Of a stretch of 64,000 bases of DNA, positions 37,938 through 46,557 are shown one piece after another. Each line of letters starts with the position of its first letter. Position 1 is the first letter of the stretch. Below the pieces are notes generated by a model that worked only from the letters and a program-made list of their open reading frames with translations, did no database searches and was not told the DNA's origin. The stretch lies in assembly GCA_934086315.1 (NCBI GenBank), contig CAKOHZ010000001.1, positions 472,737 through 536,736 on the forward strand. Direction: 5' to 3'. Origin of the DNA: an uncultured Bacilli bacterium. Its GTDB lineage: Bacteria; Bacillota_I; Bacilli_A; RF39; UBA660. The position numbers were made by a program, and so were the translations under genes.

Positions 37938-38675
37938 ATGAAGACTTGTTATCAAACAGACCCAGGAAAAGTAAGAAGTCATAATGAAGACTCAGTAACA
38001 ATAATTAAGAATATGAGTGATGAGTATTTGTTAGTAGTAGCTGATGGAATGGGTGGACATAAAGCTGGAGAAGTTGCAAGCTCTTTAGTGGTAACTGAAC
38101 TTGGTAAAAGATTCGCTGAACTATCAAGTATAGGCACTAAAGAAGAAGCAGTAATCTGGCTAAAAGAAATAATAGATGAAGTAAATGTTAAAATACTTAA
38201 ATATTCTGAAGAACATATAGATGCCAGTGGTCTTGGAACAACTTGTGTTTGTTCAATACTAACTAAAGAATTCTTACTTTTTGGAAATGTAGGAGATTCA
38301 AGTGGTTTTGTATATAAAAAAGGTAAACTTTACAAGGTCACTAAGGACCATACTCTAGTAAACATCTTACTAGAAAATGGAGAACTTACTGAAAGTGCAG
38401 CAAAAAATCATCCACAAAAGAATGTACTTATGAAAGCATTAGGCGCAGCAGAAACTATAGAAATGGATATTTTTGATGTAGAACGTACAGTAGATGGTAT
38501 TTTCTTATGTAGTGATGGACTTACTAATATGTTAACAGTAGAACAAATGGAAAAAGTATTAAATGATAAAGAATTAGATATAGAGGAGCAAGTAGATAAA
38601 TTGATTATGAAAGCTAATACTCGTGGGGGAAATGATAATATTACAATTGCTTATGCAAGAATGAGTGGTGAATAG
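37938..38675 (+). CDS. PP2C-family Ser/Thr protein phosphatase (Stp/PrpC)
   Basis: VADGMGGH, the DGxTN-like CSDGLTN, RGGNDNIT motifs, 245 aa. Confidence 0.85.
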   Translation: MKTCYQTDPGKVRSHNEDSVTIIKNMSDEYLLVVADGMGGHKAGEVASSLVVTELGKRFAELSSIGTKEEAVIWLKEIIDEVNVKILKYSEEHIDASGLGTTCVCSILTKEFLLFGNVGDSSGFVYKKGKLYKVTKDHTLVNILLENGELTESAAKNHPQKNVLMKALGAAETIEMDIFDVERTVDGIFLCSDGLTNMLTVEQMEKVLNDKELDIEEQVDKLIMKANTRGGNDNITIAYARMSGE

Positions 38676-40425
38676 TGTGATAGTCAAAGGTTCAAAAATT
38701 AACGATAGATATCAAATTATCAAAACACTTGGTGAAGGTGGGATGGCTAACGTATATTTAGCTCATGACACTATACTTGATAGAAATGTTGCTGTCAAAG
38801 TACTAAGAGGAGATCTAGCAAACGATGAAAAATTCGTTCGTAGATTTCAAAGAGAAGCACTTTCTGCATCAAGTTTAAGTCATCCAAATATTGTAGAAAT
38901 GTATGATGTTGGAGAAGATGATGGCCAATATTATATAGTAATGGAATATGTAGATGGAATGACTTTAAAACAAGTTTTAAAGAAAAGAGGACATCTCTCT
39001 GTTACAGAGGTTATAGATATAATGTTACAAGTAACAGATGGTATGGCACATGCACATGATGCTTATATTATTCATAGAGATATAAAACCTCAAAATATAA
39101 TGATACTTTCAAATGGTATGATAAAAATAACTGACTTCGGAGTAGCAACAGCCCTAAACTCAACACAGTTAACTCAAACAAACTCAGTTATGGGAACAGT
39201 ACATTATCTACCACCAGAACAAGCTAATGGAAAAGGTTCAACTATAAGAAGTGATATCTACTCAATGGGAATAATGATGTATGAGCTTCTAACTGGGTTA
39301 GTTCCATATAAAGGAGATAATGCTGTAGAAATAGCTCTAAAGCATCTAAAAGAACCATTACCTAGTGTAAGAAAGTTTAATAGTAACATACCACAATCAA
39401 TAGAAAATGTTATTATTAAAGCAACAGCTAAAAATCCAAAAAATAGATATACTGATGCAAGAGCTATGCATGAAGACTTAAAAACAGCATTAGATGAATC
39501 AAGGCAAAATGAAAAAAGATATGTTTATCCATATCCGGAAAATGATTTAGAAGAAACAAAAGTATTAGATAAAGAACTAGAACCATTAAAGAAAGAAACA
39601 CCTAAAAAGAAAAAAACAGCAAAAATAGAAGATGACGAAGACTTCTTAGATGAAAAGAAAAAAGGCAATAAAACTTTAATAGTAATAGCTAGTATCTTTA
39701 CAGCACTAGTTCTAACAGTTACAATAGGTATGACTTTTTACTTTGAAAAAACAAAAGTTAAAAATGTTACTATACCAGATGTATCTAACAAAGAACCAGT
39801 AGATGCAGCAAATGAACTTACTGACTTAGGATTTGATGTAGATACTGAATATAAATATGAACCAAGTGATACAATAGAAAAAGGAAAAGTTGTTAAAACT
39901 AGTCCGGAGATAGGCTCTAAAAGAAAAACTGGTACAAAGATAATAATCTATATTTCTTCTGGATCAGCAGTTTACATAGTAGAAGATTTTACTGGTAAAA
40001 ATTATTTAGAAGCAAAAGGTAAAATTGAAGCACAATGTGAATGTAATGTAACAGTAGAAGAAGAAATAGTAAGTGAAGACAAAAAAGTAAAAGAAGAAAC
40101 AGTTTTAAGAACTGAACCAGCAGCAGGAGAATCAAGTAAACTTGGAAGTCAAATTAAGATTTATATACCAAAAGTAGAATATAAATATCCAGATTTTACA
40201 AATGGTTACACAATCGAACAAATAGAAGAATTCGCAAGTAAACATGAATTAAAATTAGAATATAAATATCAAGAAAGTACTACAGTAGCAGAAGGTACAA
40301 TAATAAGACAAAGTAGGGCAGCTTCATCAGTAGTAACTCCAGGGGCAACACTAGTTATAACAGTAGCAAAAGCACCAGAAGTTATAGAACCAGAACCTGA
40401 CCCAGGCACTGAAACAGGGGAATAA
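38665..40425 (+). CDS. prkC: Ser/Thr protein kinase with TM and PASTA repeats (PrkC-like)
   Basis: GEGGMANVYLA, HRDIKPQN, DFGVA, TM helix, three PASTA-like repeats. Start ambiguous (GTG 38665/38668/38677). Overlaps the phosphatase stop. Confidence 0.85.
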   Translation: MVNSVIVKGSKINDRYQIIKTLGEGGMANVYLAHDTILDRNVAVKVLRGDLANDEKFVRRFQREALSASSLSHPNIVEMYDVGEDDGQYYIVMEYVDGMTLKQVLKKRGHLSVTEVIDIMLQVTDGMAHAHDAYIIHRDIKPQNIMILSNGMIKITDFGVATALNSTQLTQTNSVMGTVHYLPPEQANGKGSTIRSDIYSMGIMMYELLTGLVPYKGDNAVEIALKHLKEPLPSVRKFNSNIPQSIENVIIKATAKNPKNRYTDARAMHEDLKTALDESRQNEKRYVYPYPENDLEETKVLDKELEPLKKETPKKKKTAKIEDDEDFLDEKKKGNKTLIVIASIFTALVLTVTIGMTFYFEKTKVKNVTIPDVSNKEPVDAANELTDLGFDVDTEYKYEPSDTIEKGKVVKTSPEIGSKRKTGTKIIIYISSGSAVYIVEDFTGKNYLEAKGKIEAQCECNVTVEEEIVSEDKKVKEETVLRTEPAAGESSKLGSQIKIYIPKVEYKYPDFTNGYTIEQIEEFASKHELKLEYKYQESTTVAEGTIIRQSRAASSVVTPGATLVITVAKAPEVIEPEPDPGTETGE

Positions 40426-40426
40426 T

Positions 40427-41284
40427 ATGAGAGGTAAAATAATATGTATTAATAAATTTATACATAGAGTATTATTAGAAAACAATACAATAATAGATAC
40501 TAGAACTAGAGGGAAACTACGTAATCAAAAAGTTTCCCCAGTTGTAGGTGATAATGTAATTGTAGATGTAACTAATAAAACAATAGAAAAAGTCGAACCT
40601 AGAAAAAATTATCTGGAAAGACCACTTATTGCAAATATAGATAAACTTCTAATTGTAATGAGTACATCTATTCCAGTTTTTTCTGATTATTTAATAGATA
40701 AATTTCTACTTATTGCAAACTATAATAATATAGAACCTATAATCATAATAACAAAAACAGATATGATTACTTTAAAGGAAAAAGCAGAAGTAAGAAAATA
40801 TATGAATTACTATAGAAAACTAGGTATAAAAGTATATATTAATACAAGCATATCTAAAATAAAGAAAGAATTTAAAAACTCAACTGTTGCACTTTGCGGA
40901 CAAACAGGAAGCGGTAAATCATCTTTATTGAATAGAATAGATGCATCATTAAAATTAAAAACTGGAGAAGTATCTCTTTCTTTAGGTAGAGGTAAACATA
41001 CTACAAGATTGGTAGAGCTTTTAGAAGTAAATGATGGACTAATCGCAGATACTCCCGGATTTAGTTCACTTGAAATAAATATCCCATCAAAAGATATAAA
41101 GAAGTATTATAGTGATTTTAATAAACCATGTAAATATAGAACATGTACGCATGTAAAAGAAGATGGTTGTGAAATAATAAAATTAGTTGAAAATGGGAAG
41201 ATTCCAAAATGGAGATACGATAATTATTTAAAATTTATGGAGGAAACAAAATATGAAAGTAAGCGTTTCAATACTATCAAGTAG
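40427..41284 (+). CDS. rsgA: Ribosome small-subunit-dependent GTPase RsgA
   Basis: OB fold, the TKTD-like ITKTD, GQTGSGKSSLLN, and C-terminal zinc knuckle C..C.H..C. Confidence 0.8.
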   Translation: MRGKIICINKFIHRVLLENNTIIDTRTRGKLRNQKVSPVVGDNVIVDVTNKTIEKVEPRKNYLERPLIANIDKLLIVMSTSIPVFSDYLIDKFLLIANYNNIEPIIIITKTDMITLKEKAEVRKYMNYYRKLGIKVYINTSISKIKKEFKNSTVALCGQTGSGKSSLLNRIDASLKLKTGEVSLSLGRGKHTTRLVELLEVNDGLIADTPGFSSLEINIPSKDIKKYYSDFNKPCKYRTCTHVKEDGCEIIKLVENGKIPKWRYDNYLKFMEETKYESKRFNTIK

Positions 41285-41888
41285 TATAAAACCACAAGAT
41301 ATTGTAAAAAAACTAGATGATACAAAAGCAGACTTTATACATGTAGATATAATGGATGGGAAATTTGTAGAAAATAAAACATGGACTATAAGTGAAGTAA
41401 AAAAAATAGTGAGTTATTCTCATCTTCCACTAGACGTCCATTTAATGGTGGAAAATCCTTCTAAATATATAGAAGATTATGCTCTATTGAATACAGGCTA
41501 TATAACGTTTCATTATGAAGCTGTTAAAGACATAGATAAAATGATTAATGAAATTAAAAATTATGGATTAAAAGTCGGTATAGCGATAAACCCAGAAACT
41601 GATGAAAAAGTTCTTTATCCGTATTTATCAAAAGTAGATCAAATATTAGTTATGAGTGTTCATCCAGGCAAAAGTGGTCAATCTTTTATAGATAATACTC
41701 CTAATAAAATAGAAAATTTAAAACAAGAAATAATTAATCAAAATGCCAAAACTATTATTTCAGTAGATGGTGGTATAAATGATGAAACTGGTAAACTTTG
41801 CGTAGATAAAGGCGTAAATATGCTTGTATCAGCTTCATATATACATAAAAATATACAAAATAACATAAATATATTAAAAAACTTATAA
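41253..41888 (+). CDS. rpe: Ribulose-phosphate 3-epimerase
   Basis: SILSSS...HVDIMDGKFV...DVHLMV...VDGGI TIM-barrel motifs. GGAGG lies 8 nt upstream. Confidence 0.85.
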   Translation: MKVSVSILSSSIKPQDIVKKLDDTKADFIHVDIMDGKFVENKTWTISEVKKIVSYSHLPLDVHLMVENPSKYIEDYALLNTGYITFHYEAVKDIDKMINEIKNYGLKVGIAINPETDEKVLYPYLSKVDQILVMSVHPGKSGQSFIDNTPNKIENLKQEIINQNAKTIISVDGGINDETGKLCVDKGVNMLVSASYIHKNIQNNINILKNL

Positions 41889-41890
41889 TA

Positions 41891-41937
41891 AACGCTTCAT
41901 ATGTCTAATTGACTATGAAACGTTTTTATTATATAAT
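41891..41937 (+). promoter_or_regulatory. Terminator hairpin after rpe overlapping a TTGACT-17-TATAAT promoter for the downstream island gene
   Basis: aacgcttcata...tatgaaacgtt + ttttt. ttgact at 41909 and tataat at 41932. Confidence 0.5.
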
Positions 41938-41961
41938 TTTTAAAGAGAATAGGTGACGAAC

Positions 41962-43509
41962 ATGTACATAGATAAGATGATAAAAAAAGAGGTTGCTACA
42001 TTAATTACATCAGTAGGACTTTTATTAATTATTTTTATTGGTGTATCATTTGCATCATTTTTTAAAATCGCCGAAGGAAAAGATAATGTTGTTGAGACAG
42101 GCGACTTAGCTATATCATTTTGTAGTGATTCAACATGTGATACAACTTATAATAATATAGGACAAGTAATAGGTACTACTAAGAAAAATGGAACATCAAC
42201 ACCAATTTCTATATATCCTTACCCAAATGATGGAACATATTCTAATGCTACCCCATATATATTTAATGTAGAAAACACTGGTAGTATGTCAGCAACAATT
42301 ACCATAAAATTAAAAGAAGATTCTGATTTTTTACCAAGTGGAAATTACTCTGAATATAAAAGACTTACTGAATTATACTCAAGCCATTTGAAAGTTGCAA
42401 TAAGAAAGAGAGTATTAGCTAACAATTCAAAATATCAAATGGGCGATGTTAATATGGATGGTATTGTTAATCAAAATGATGTAACATTGCTATATTCATA
42501 CATAGTAAATGGTTCAAATACTTTTACAGATGAACAAGAAAAGTTAGCTGATATAAATAATGATGGAGCTATAGATACAAACGATGTTGCTAATCTAATG
42601 AATATTATTAGAGGTGGAACCACAGAATATGAAAAGGTCTATATATATTCATTTAATGAATTAGTTGATAATGTTATATATTCTGGAGATAGAATAGAAG
42701 CCGGAGAAAGTGCAACATACTTTTTATGGATATATTTAGATGAAACAACACCTAATCAAGCGCAAAAAACATATTTTGTTGGAAATTTAGATATAGAAGG
42801 TGAATTTATTCCTGATGATTTACCATTTAGTTCAGCACCATGGAAAACAATTATAGAAAATGTAAAATCTGGTAATACTGATATGTATGAAGTTGGGGAT
42901 ACTAAAGAAGTAGATTTAGGTTCATTAGGTAAACATACTCTTAGAATTGCTAATAATTCAACACCAAGTCAATGTGGTACAGATGGTTACTCACAAACAG
43001 CTTGTGGATTTGTAGTCGAATTTGCAGATGTTGTTGCGATGAGAGTTATAAATAGTAAAGCAACTAATGTAGGTGGATGGCCATCAAGCGAGGTTAGAGC
43101 ATATATAAATAATACTGTATACAATAGTCTTCCATCTGATTTGAGAGCGGGAATTATTGATACAACAGTAATATCTGGTCATGGAAGTAATGAAACAAGT
43201 AATCTAAAATCAACTGATAAATTATATTTACTAGCACCTAAAGAAATATATTCTAATTATTCTAACAGTACTTATGATAGTGCAATATCAACAACTAGAC
43301 AGTTAGATTATTATGCATCATTAAAAATATCAATGAGTAGTTATAAAGGAGCAGGCAAAAAATACAATGGAAATAATACTTGGACTTGGTTAAGAACTGC
43401 TGTAGCCAATGGAACAACTTCATTCTGTAGTATAGGAGCAAGTGGAGATGGAGGCACAGGAGAAGCAAGTTCAGGTAGAGGTATTAGTCCAGCATTTAGA
43501 ATAGGTTAA
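41962..43509 (+). CDS. Membrane-anchored protein with dockerin-type calcium-binding repeat pair and C-terminal DUF6273-like domain
   Basis: N-terminal TM (ATLITSVGLLLIIFIGVSFASFF). Repeats GDVNMDGIVNQNDVTLL / ADINNDGAIDTNDVANL. C-terminal GGWPSSEVRAYINNTVYNSL...TDKLYLLAPKEIY pattern. ATG at 41962 lies 5 nt after aggtga. Confidence 0.6.
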   Translation: MYIDKMIKKEVATLITSVGLLLIIFIGVSFASFFKIAEGKDNVVETGDLAISFCSDSTCDTTYNNIGQVIGTTKKNGTSTPISIYPYPNDGTYSNATPYIFNVENTGSMSATITIKLKEDSDFLPSGNYSEYKRLTELYSSHLKVAIRKRVLANNSKYQMGDVNMDGIVNQNDVTLLYSYIVNGSNTFTDEQEKLADINNDGAIDTNDVANLMNIIRGGTTEYEKVYIYSFNELVDNVIYSGDRIEAGESATYFLWIYLDETTPNQAQKTYFVGNLDIEGEFIPDDLPFSSAPWKTIIENVKSGNTDMYEVGDTKEVDLGSLGKHTLRIANNSTPSQCGTDGYSQTACGFVVEFADVVAMRVINSKATNVGGWPSSEVRAYINNTVYNSLPSDLRAGIIDTTVISGHGSNETSNLKSTDKLYLLAPKEIYSNYSNSTYDSAISTTRQLDYYASLKISMSSYKGAGKKYNGNNTWTWLRTAVANGTTSFCSIGASGDGGTGEASSGRGISPAFRIG

Positions 43510-43512
43510 AAT

Positions 43513-43539
43513 AATTAGTGAATAACTAATTATTTTTTT
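43513..43539 (+). terminator. Terminator after the dockerin-like gene
   Basis: aattagt-gaata-actaatt + tttttttt. Confidence 0.6.
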
Positions 43540-43605
43540 ATATATTTTTAGAAAAAAGAAGTGTTTTCATGTTTTATGCCTAACTATAATAATAGGAGGG
43601 TTAAA

Positions 43606-45666
43606 ATGTTAAATAAGAAATTAATAGTTAGGCAAAATGGATTAAAAGATTGTGGACCTTCTTGTTTACTTTCGATAATGAAATATTATGGATGTGAAGC
43701 ATCTCACGAAGAAGTCACATTTACTTTAAAAACAGATATAGATGGATCCAATGCATACAACATACTTAATGGAAGTAAAAACTATGGATTTGATGGATAT
43801 GGAGTACATTATACATATGAAGAAATTATCAATAATGAAATATCTTTCCCTATAATTTGTCATATAATAAAAAACAATATGTATCATTTTATAGTAGTTT
43901 ACAAAGTAAATAAAAATACGCTTACAATAATGGATCCATCTACAAATATAACTAAAATCTCATTTGAAGAATTTAAGAGTATGTATCAAAGTACATCATT
44001 AGTAATATACCCAATCAAGAAAGTAAATAATATAAGAAATAAAAACAAATTATTAGAAATCATTTATTCATACCTCAAACTAGAAAAAATTACTATACAC
44101 AAATTAATAATTACATCAATTCTTTTAATAATTGTAAGTATACTTCTTAATTATTATTCACTTATCTTAATAGATTATATATTACCGAATTATAATACAA
44201 ATATTTTGATAAAACTAACTATAATGTTTCTAGTAACAGCGATATTTAAAAGTACAATTAATTTTATAAGGGGTAAATTAATAATAGATATAAATTCTAA
44301 AATATCTATAAACTTAAACAATGATGTTACAAGAAAACTATTTAACCTTCCATATCAATTCTTCAAAAACAAATCTACTCCAGAAGTGATATCTAGAATT
44401 AACGATTTAAAAGACTTTAAAGACTCTTTAACCGAAATAATAATAAATGTATCTACTAATATATTATTAGTCTTTATAAGCATTATTTTACTATTAAAAA
44501 TAAATATAAAATTATTTATGATTTATTTATTAGAAATAATAATTTATATATTAATATTAATGATATATAAAAGAAACAATAATAAACATATAGATAATAT
44601 ATTAATAAATGAATCTAATTATAATAAAACACTAAATGAAAGTATATATAGTTATGAAATAAATAGAAACTTAAATTTAAAATCTCAAATTCTTAAAAAA
44701 TTGGAAATGTCAAATATAAAAAATAACTTTAGTAATAAAATATATGAAACCTCACTAAATACACAAATCTTTTTAAAAGAATTAACATCCAACATAACAT
44801 ATATATTTTCTATATTTATAGGTGTAATATTCATCCATAAAAATATAATATCTATTGGTAACTTTCTACTATTTAATTCATTAATTTATTATTTTACCGA
44901 TCCTTTAAAAAGTATATTAAATTTAGAACCAAATATTAATTATATAAAGAATGTATATAGGAGAATTAATGATTTATTACTAGTAACCACTAAAGAAGAA
45001 TTAGCTACAAATAAATTTATTGATGGTGATATTGTTATTAATAATTTAAGTTATAATAACTCTCTAATTCCATTATTTGAAAATGTATCATTTAAAATAA
45101 AATATGGTAGTAAATTCTTAATATATGGTGATAGCGGTAGTGGAAAAAGTACAATTATTAAAATATTATTAAAATATATAGAAGACTATAGTGGTGAAAT
45201 ATTAATTGATAATATAAATATTAAAGATATCAATTCAAATGTTATTTCTAATAGTATTACATATGTATCACAAAATAATTTTTTATTAAATGATACTTTA
45301 AAAAATAATATTATTTACGATAGAAGAATAAAGGAAGAAGACTATGAAAATGTTATTAAGTTGTGTAATTTAGAAGTATTAAGAAATAGTAGTAAATTAA
45401 GAAATAATATGATTATTGAAGAAGATGGATTTAATGTATCAGGTGGAGAAAGACAAAAAATTATATTAGCAAGAAGTATCTTAAAAGATAGCGAATTTAT
45501 AATTTTAGATGAAGCTTTAAGTGAAGTAGGTGTAGAAGAAGAAAAAGAAATACTTAAAAAGATATTTAAGTATTTTAAAGGCAAAACTATAATTTATATT
45601 AGTCATAAAGAAGAAATAATTTCTATGTTTAAAGACAAATATAAATTGGAAAGGAGTAAGGCTTGA
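43606..45666 (+). CDS. Peptidase C39-domain ABC transporter (double-glycine leader peptide cleavage/export; LagD/SunT/ComA family)
   Basis: N-terminal C39 with the catalytic Cys in LKDCGPSCLLS plus the His/Asp region (HFIVVY...MDPS). Six-TM ABC domain, Walker A GDSGSGKST, signature LSGGERQK, Walker B ILDEA, H-loop. ATG at 43606 follows aggaggg. Confidence 0.85.
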   Translation: MLNKKLIVRQNGLKDCGPSCLLSIMKYYGCEASHEEVTFTLKTDIDGSNAYNILNGSKNYGFDGYGVHYTYEEIINNEISFPIICHIIKNNMYHFIVVYKVNKNTLTIMDPSTNITKISFEEFKSMYQSTSLVIYPIKKVNNIRNKNKLLEIIYSYLKLEKITIHKLIITSILLIIVSILLNYYSLILIDYILPNYNTNILIKLTIMFLVTAIFKSTINFIRGKLIIDINSKISINLNNDVTRKLFNLPYQFFKNKSTPEVISRINDLKDFKDSLTEIIINVSTNILLVFISIILLLKINIKLFMIYLLEIIIYILILMIYKRNNNKHIDNILINESNYNKTLNESIYSYEINRNLNLKSQILKKLEMSNIKNNFSNKIYETSLNTQIFLKELTSNITYIFSIFIGVIFIHKNIISIGNFLLFNSLIYYFTDPLKSILNLEPNINYIKNVYRRINDLLLVTTKEELATNKFIDGDIVINNLSYNNSLIPLFENVSFKIKYGSKFLIYGDSGSGKSTIIKILLKYIEDYSGEILIDNINIKDINSNVISNSITYVSQNNFLLNDTLKNNIIYDRRIKEEDYENVIKLCNLEVLRNSSKLRNNMIIEEDGFNVSGGERQKIILARSILKDSEFIILDEALSEVGVEEEKEILKKIFKYFKGKTIIYISHKEEIISMFKDKYKLERSKA

Positions 45667-45803
45667 TGAATCAAGAAGAATTAATAAATATTAAAGGAGG
45701 AGCAAATTGGGCAGCAATAGGAGTTGGATCAACATTAGTCTCATTTCTGATAGGATTATTAGATGGTTATTTAAGACCTTTAAAATGCAATAAATGGAAG
45801 TAG
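45666..45803 (+). CDS. Double-glycine leader peptide precursor A (45 aa): leader MNQEELINIKGG + 33-aa core ANWAAIGVGSTLVSFLIGLLDGYLRPLKCNKWK
   Basis: Not in the ORF track (<60 aa). The ATG overlaps the TGA of the transporter (TGATG) and SD aaggag sits 9 nt upstream. The leader fits the GG-leader consensus (hydrophobic at -4, -7, -12; Glu at -8/-9). The core is amphipathic and cationic with a GxxxG (GLLDG). Confidence 0.7.
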   Translation: MNQEELINIKGGANWAAIGVGSTLVSFLIGLLDGYLRPLKCNKWK

Positions 45804-45952
45804 AAGAACTAGTAATGATTAAAGCAGGATCTGTTTCTGGTACTATTATTAATGCCGTGGTAAGAAGTGTTAAACTTGCATTAGAATTAGGAAGAAGCCT
45901 CGGTTCTGCAATCAGAAGAGCAAAAGAAAAGAAGAAATGTGAATATAGTTAG
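45794..45952 (+). CDS. Double-glycine-type leader peptide precursor B (52 aa): leader MEVEELVMIKAG + 40-aa core SVSGTIINAVVRSVKLALELGRSLGSAIRRAKEKKKCEYS
   Basis: Not in the ORF track. The ATG lies inside the last codons of peptide A (10-nt overlap). The leader is paralogous to peptide A (EEL..IK.G), with Ala-Gly at -2/-1. The core is cationic with a GxxxG (GRSLG). A terminator follows. Confidence 0.6.
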   Translation: MEVEELVMIKAGSVSGTIINAVVRSVKLALELGRSLGSAIRRAKEKKKCEYS

Positions 45953-45971
45953 CAAAAGCTAACTATATTTT
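45946..45971 (+). terminator. Terminator closing the transporter-peptide operon
   Basis: tagttagc-aaaa-gctaacta + tatttt, overlapping the peptide B stop. Confidence 0.6.
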
Positions 45972-46050
45972 AATTTAAAACTAAATTAATAAGAAAAAAA
46001 TAAAAAGTTTTTATCAATGTGAAAAATTTGTAAAAATACAAAAACTATTA

Positions 46051-46101
46051 TTGACATATAATATTAAATGGGTATAATTATTTTGTTAGTTACCTAACTA
46101 A
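46051..46101 (+). promoter_or_regulatory. Promoter TTGACA-16-TATAAT followed by a perfect palindrome TTAGTTA-cc-TAACTAA (probable MarR operator)
   Basis: ttgaca at 46051, tataat at 46073, 16-bp inverted repeat at 46086-46101 between the -10 and the marR SD. Confidence 0.55.
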
Positions 46102-46113
46102 AGGAATGATATT

Positions 46114-46557
46114 ATGAATGAAAAAAGTATTAGTTTGGAAATCAAAAAAATAGATAGTTTAATAGTAAGAAAAATAATATCTTATAATAAAAATTCTATT
46201 TATCAATTATCACCAGCTCAAATAGTAATAATAAAATATTTAATTAAGAACAAGAATAATATTGTATATCAAAAAGACATAGAAAAAAAATTAGGACTTA
46301 GAAAATCTACCATTTCTGGGATATTGAGTACAATGATTAAAAATGATATTATTACAAGAACTGAAGCGACAAGTGATTTAAGAAGTAAAGAAATAAAACT
46401 TACTGAAAAAGGACTAAAACTTGATAAGATAATGAAAAAGAAAGCACTTGAGTTTGAAAATTTATTGCAAAATAATATTGAACCTAAAGATTTAGAAATA
46501 TTTTATAAAGTGACTAATCAAATACAAAAGAATTTAGAAGGAGAGGAAAAATGTTAA
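46114..46557 (+). CDS. MarR-family transcriptional regulator
   Basis: 147 aa. Winged-helix region LSPAQIVIIKYL...QKDIEKKLGLRKSTISGILSTMIKNDII. Confidence 0.75.
   Translation: MNEKSISLEIKKIDSLIVRKIISYNKNSIYQLSPAQIVIIKYLIKNKNNIVYQKDIEKKLGLRKSTISGILSTMIKNDIITRTEATSDLRSKEIKLTEKGLKLDKIMKKKALEFENLLQNNIEPKDLEIFYKVTNQIQKNLEGEEKC

Noticed and set aside
42400-42620. Dockerin repeats as evidence of a cellulosome component
   Set aside because: No cohesin, glycoside hydrolase or scaffoldin genes nearby. Dockerin-like Ca-binding repeats occur in many non-cellulosomal surface proteins, so only the domain is called.
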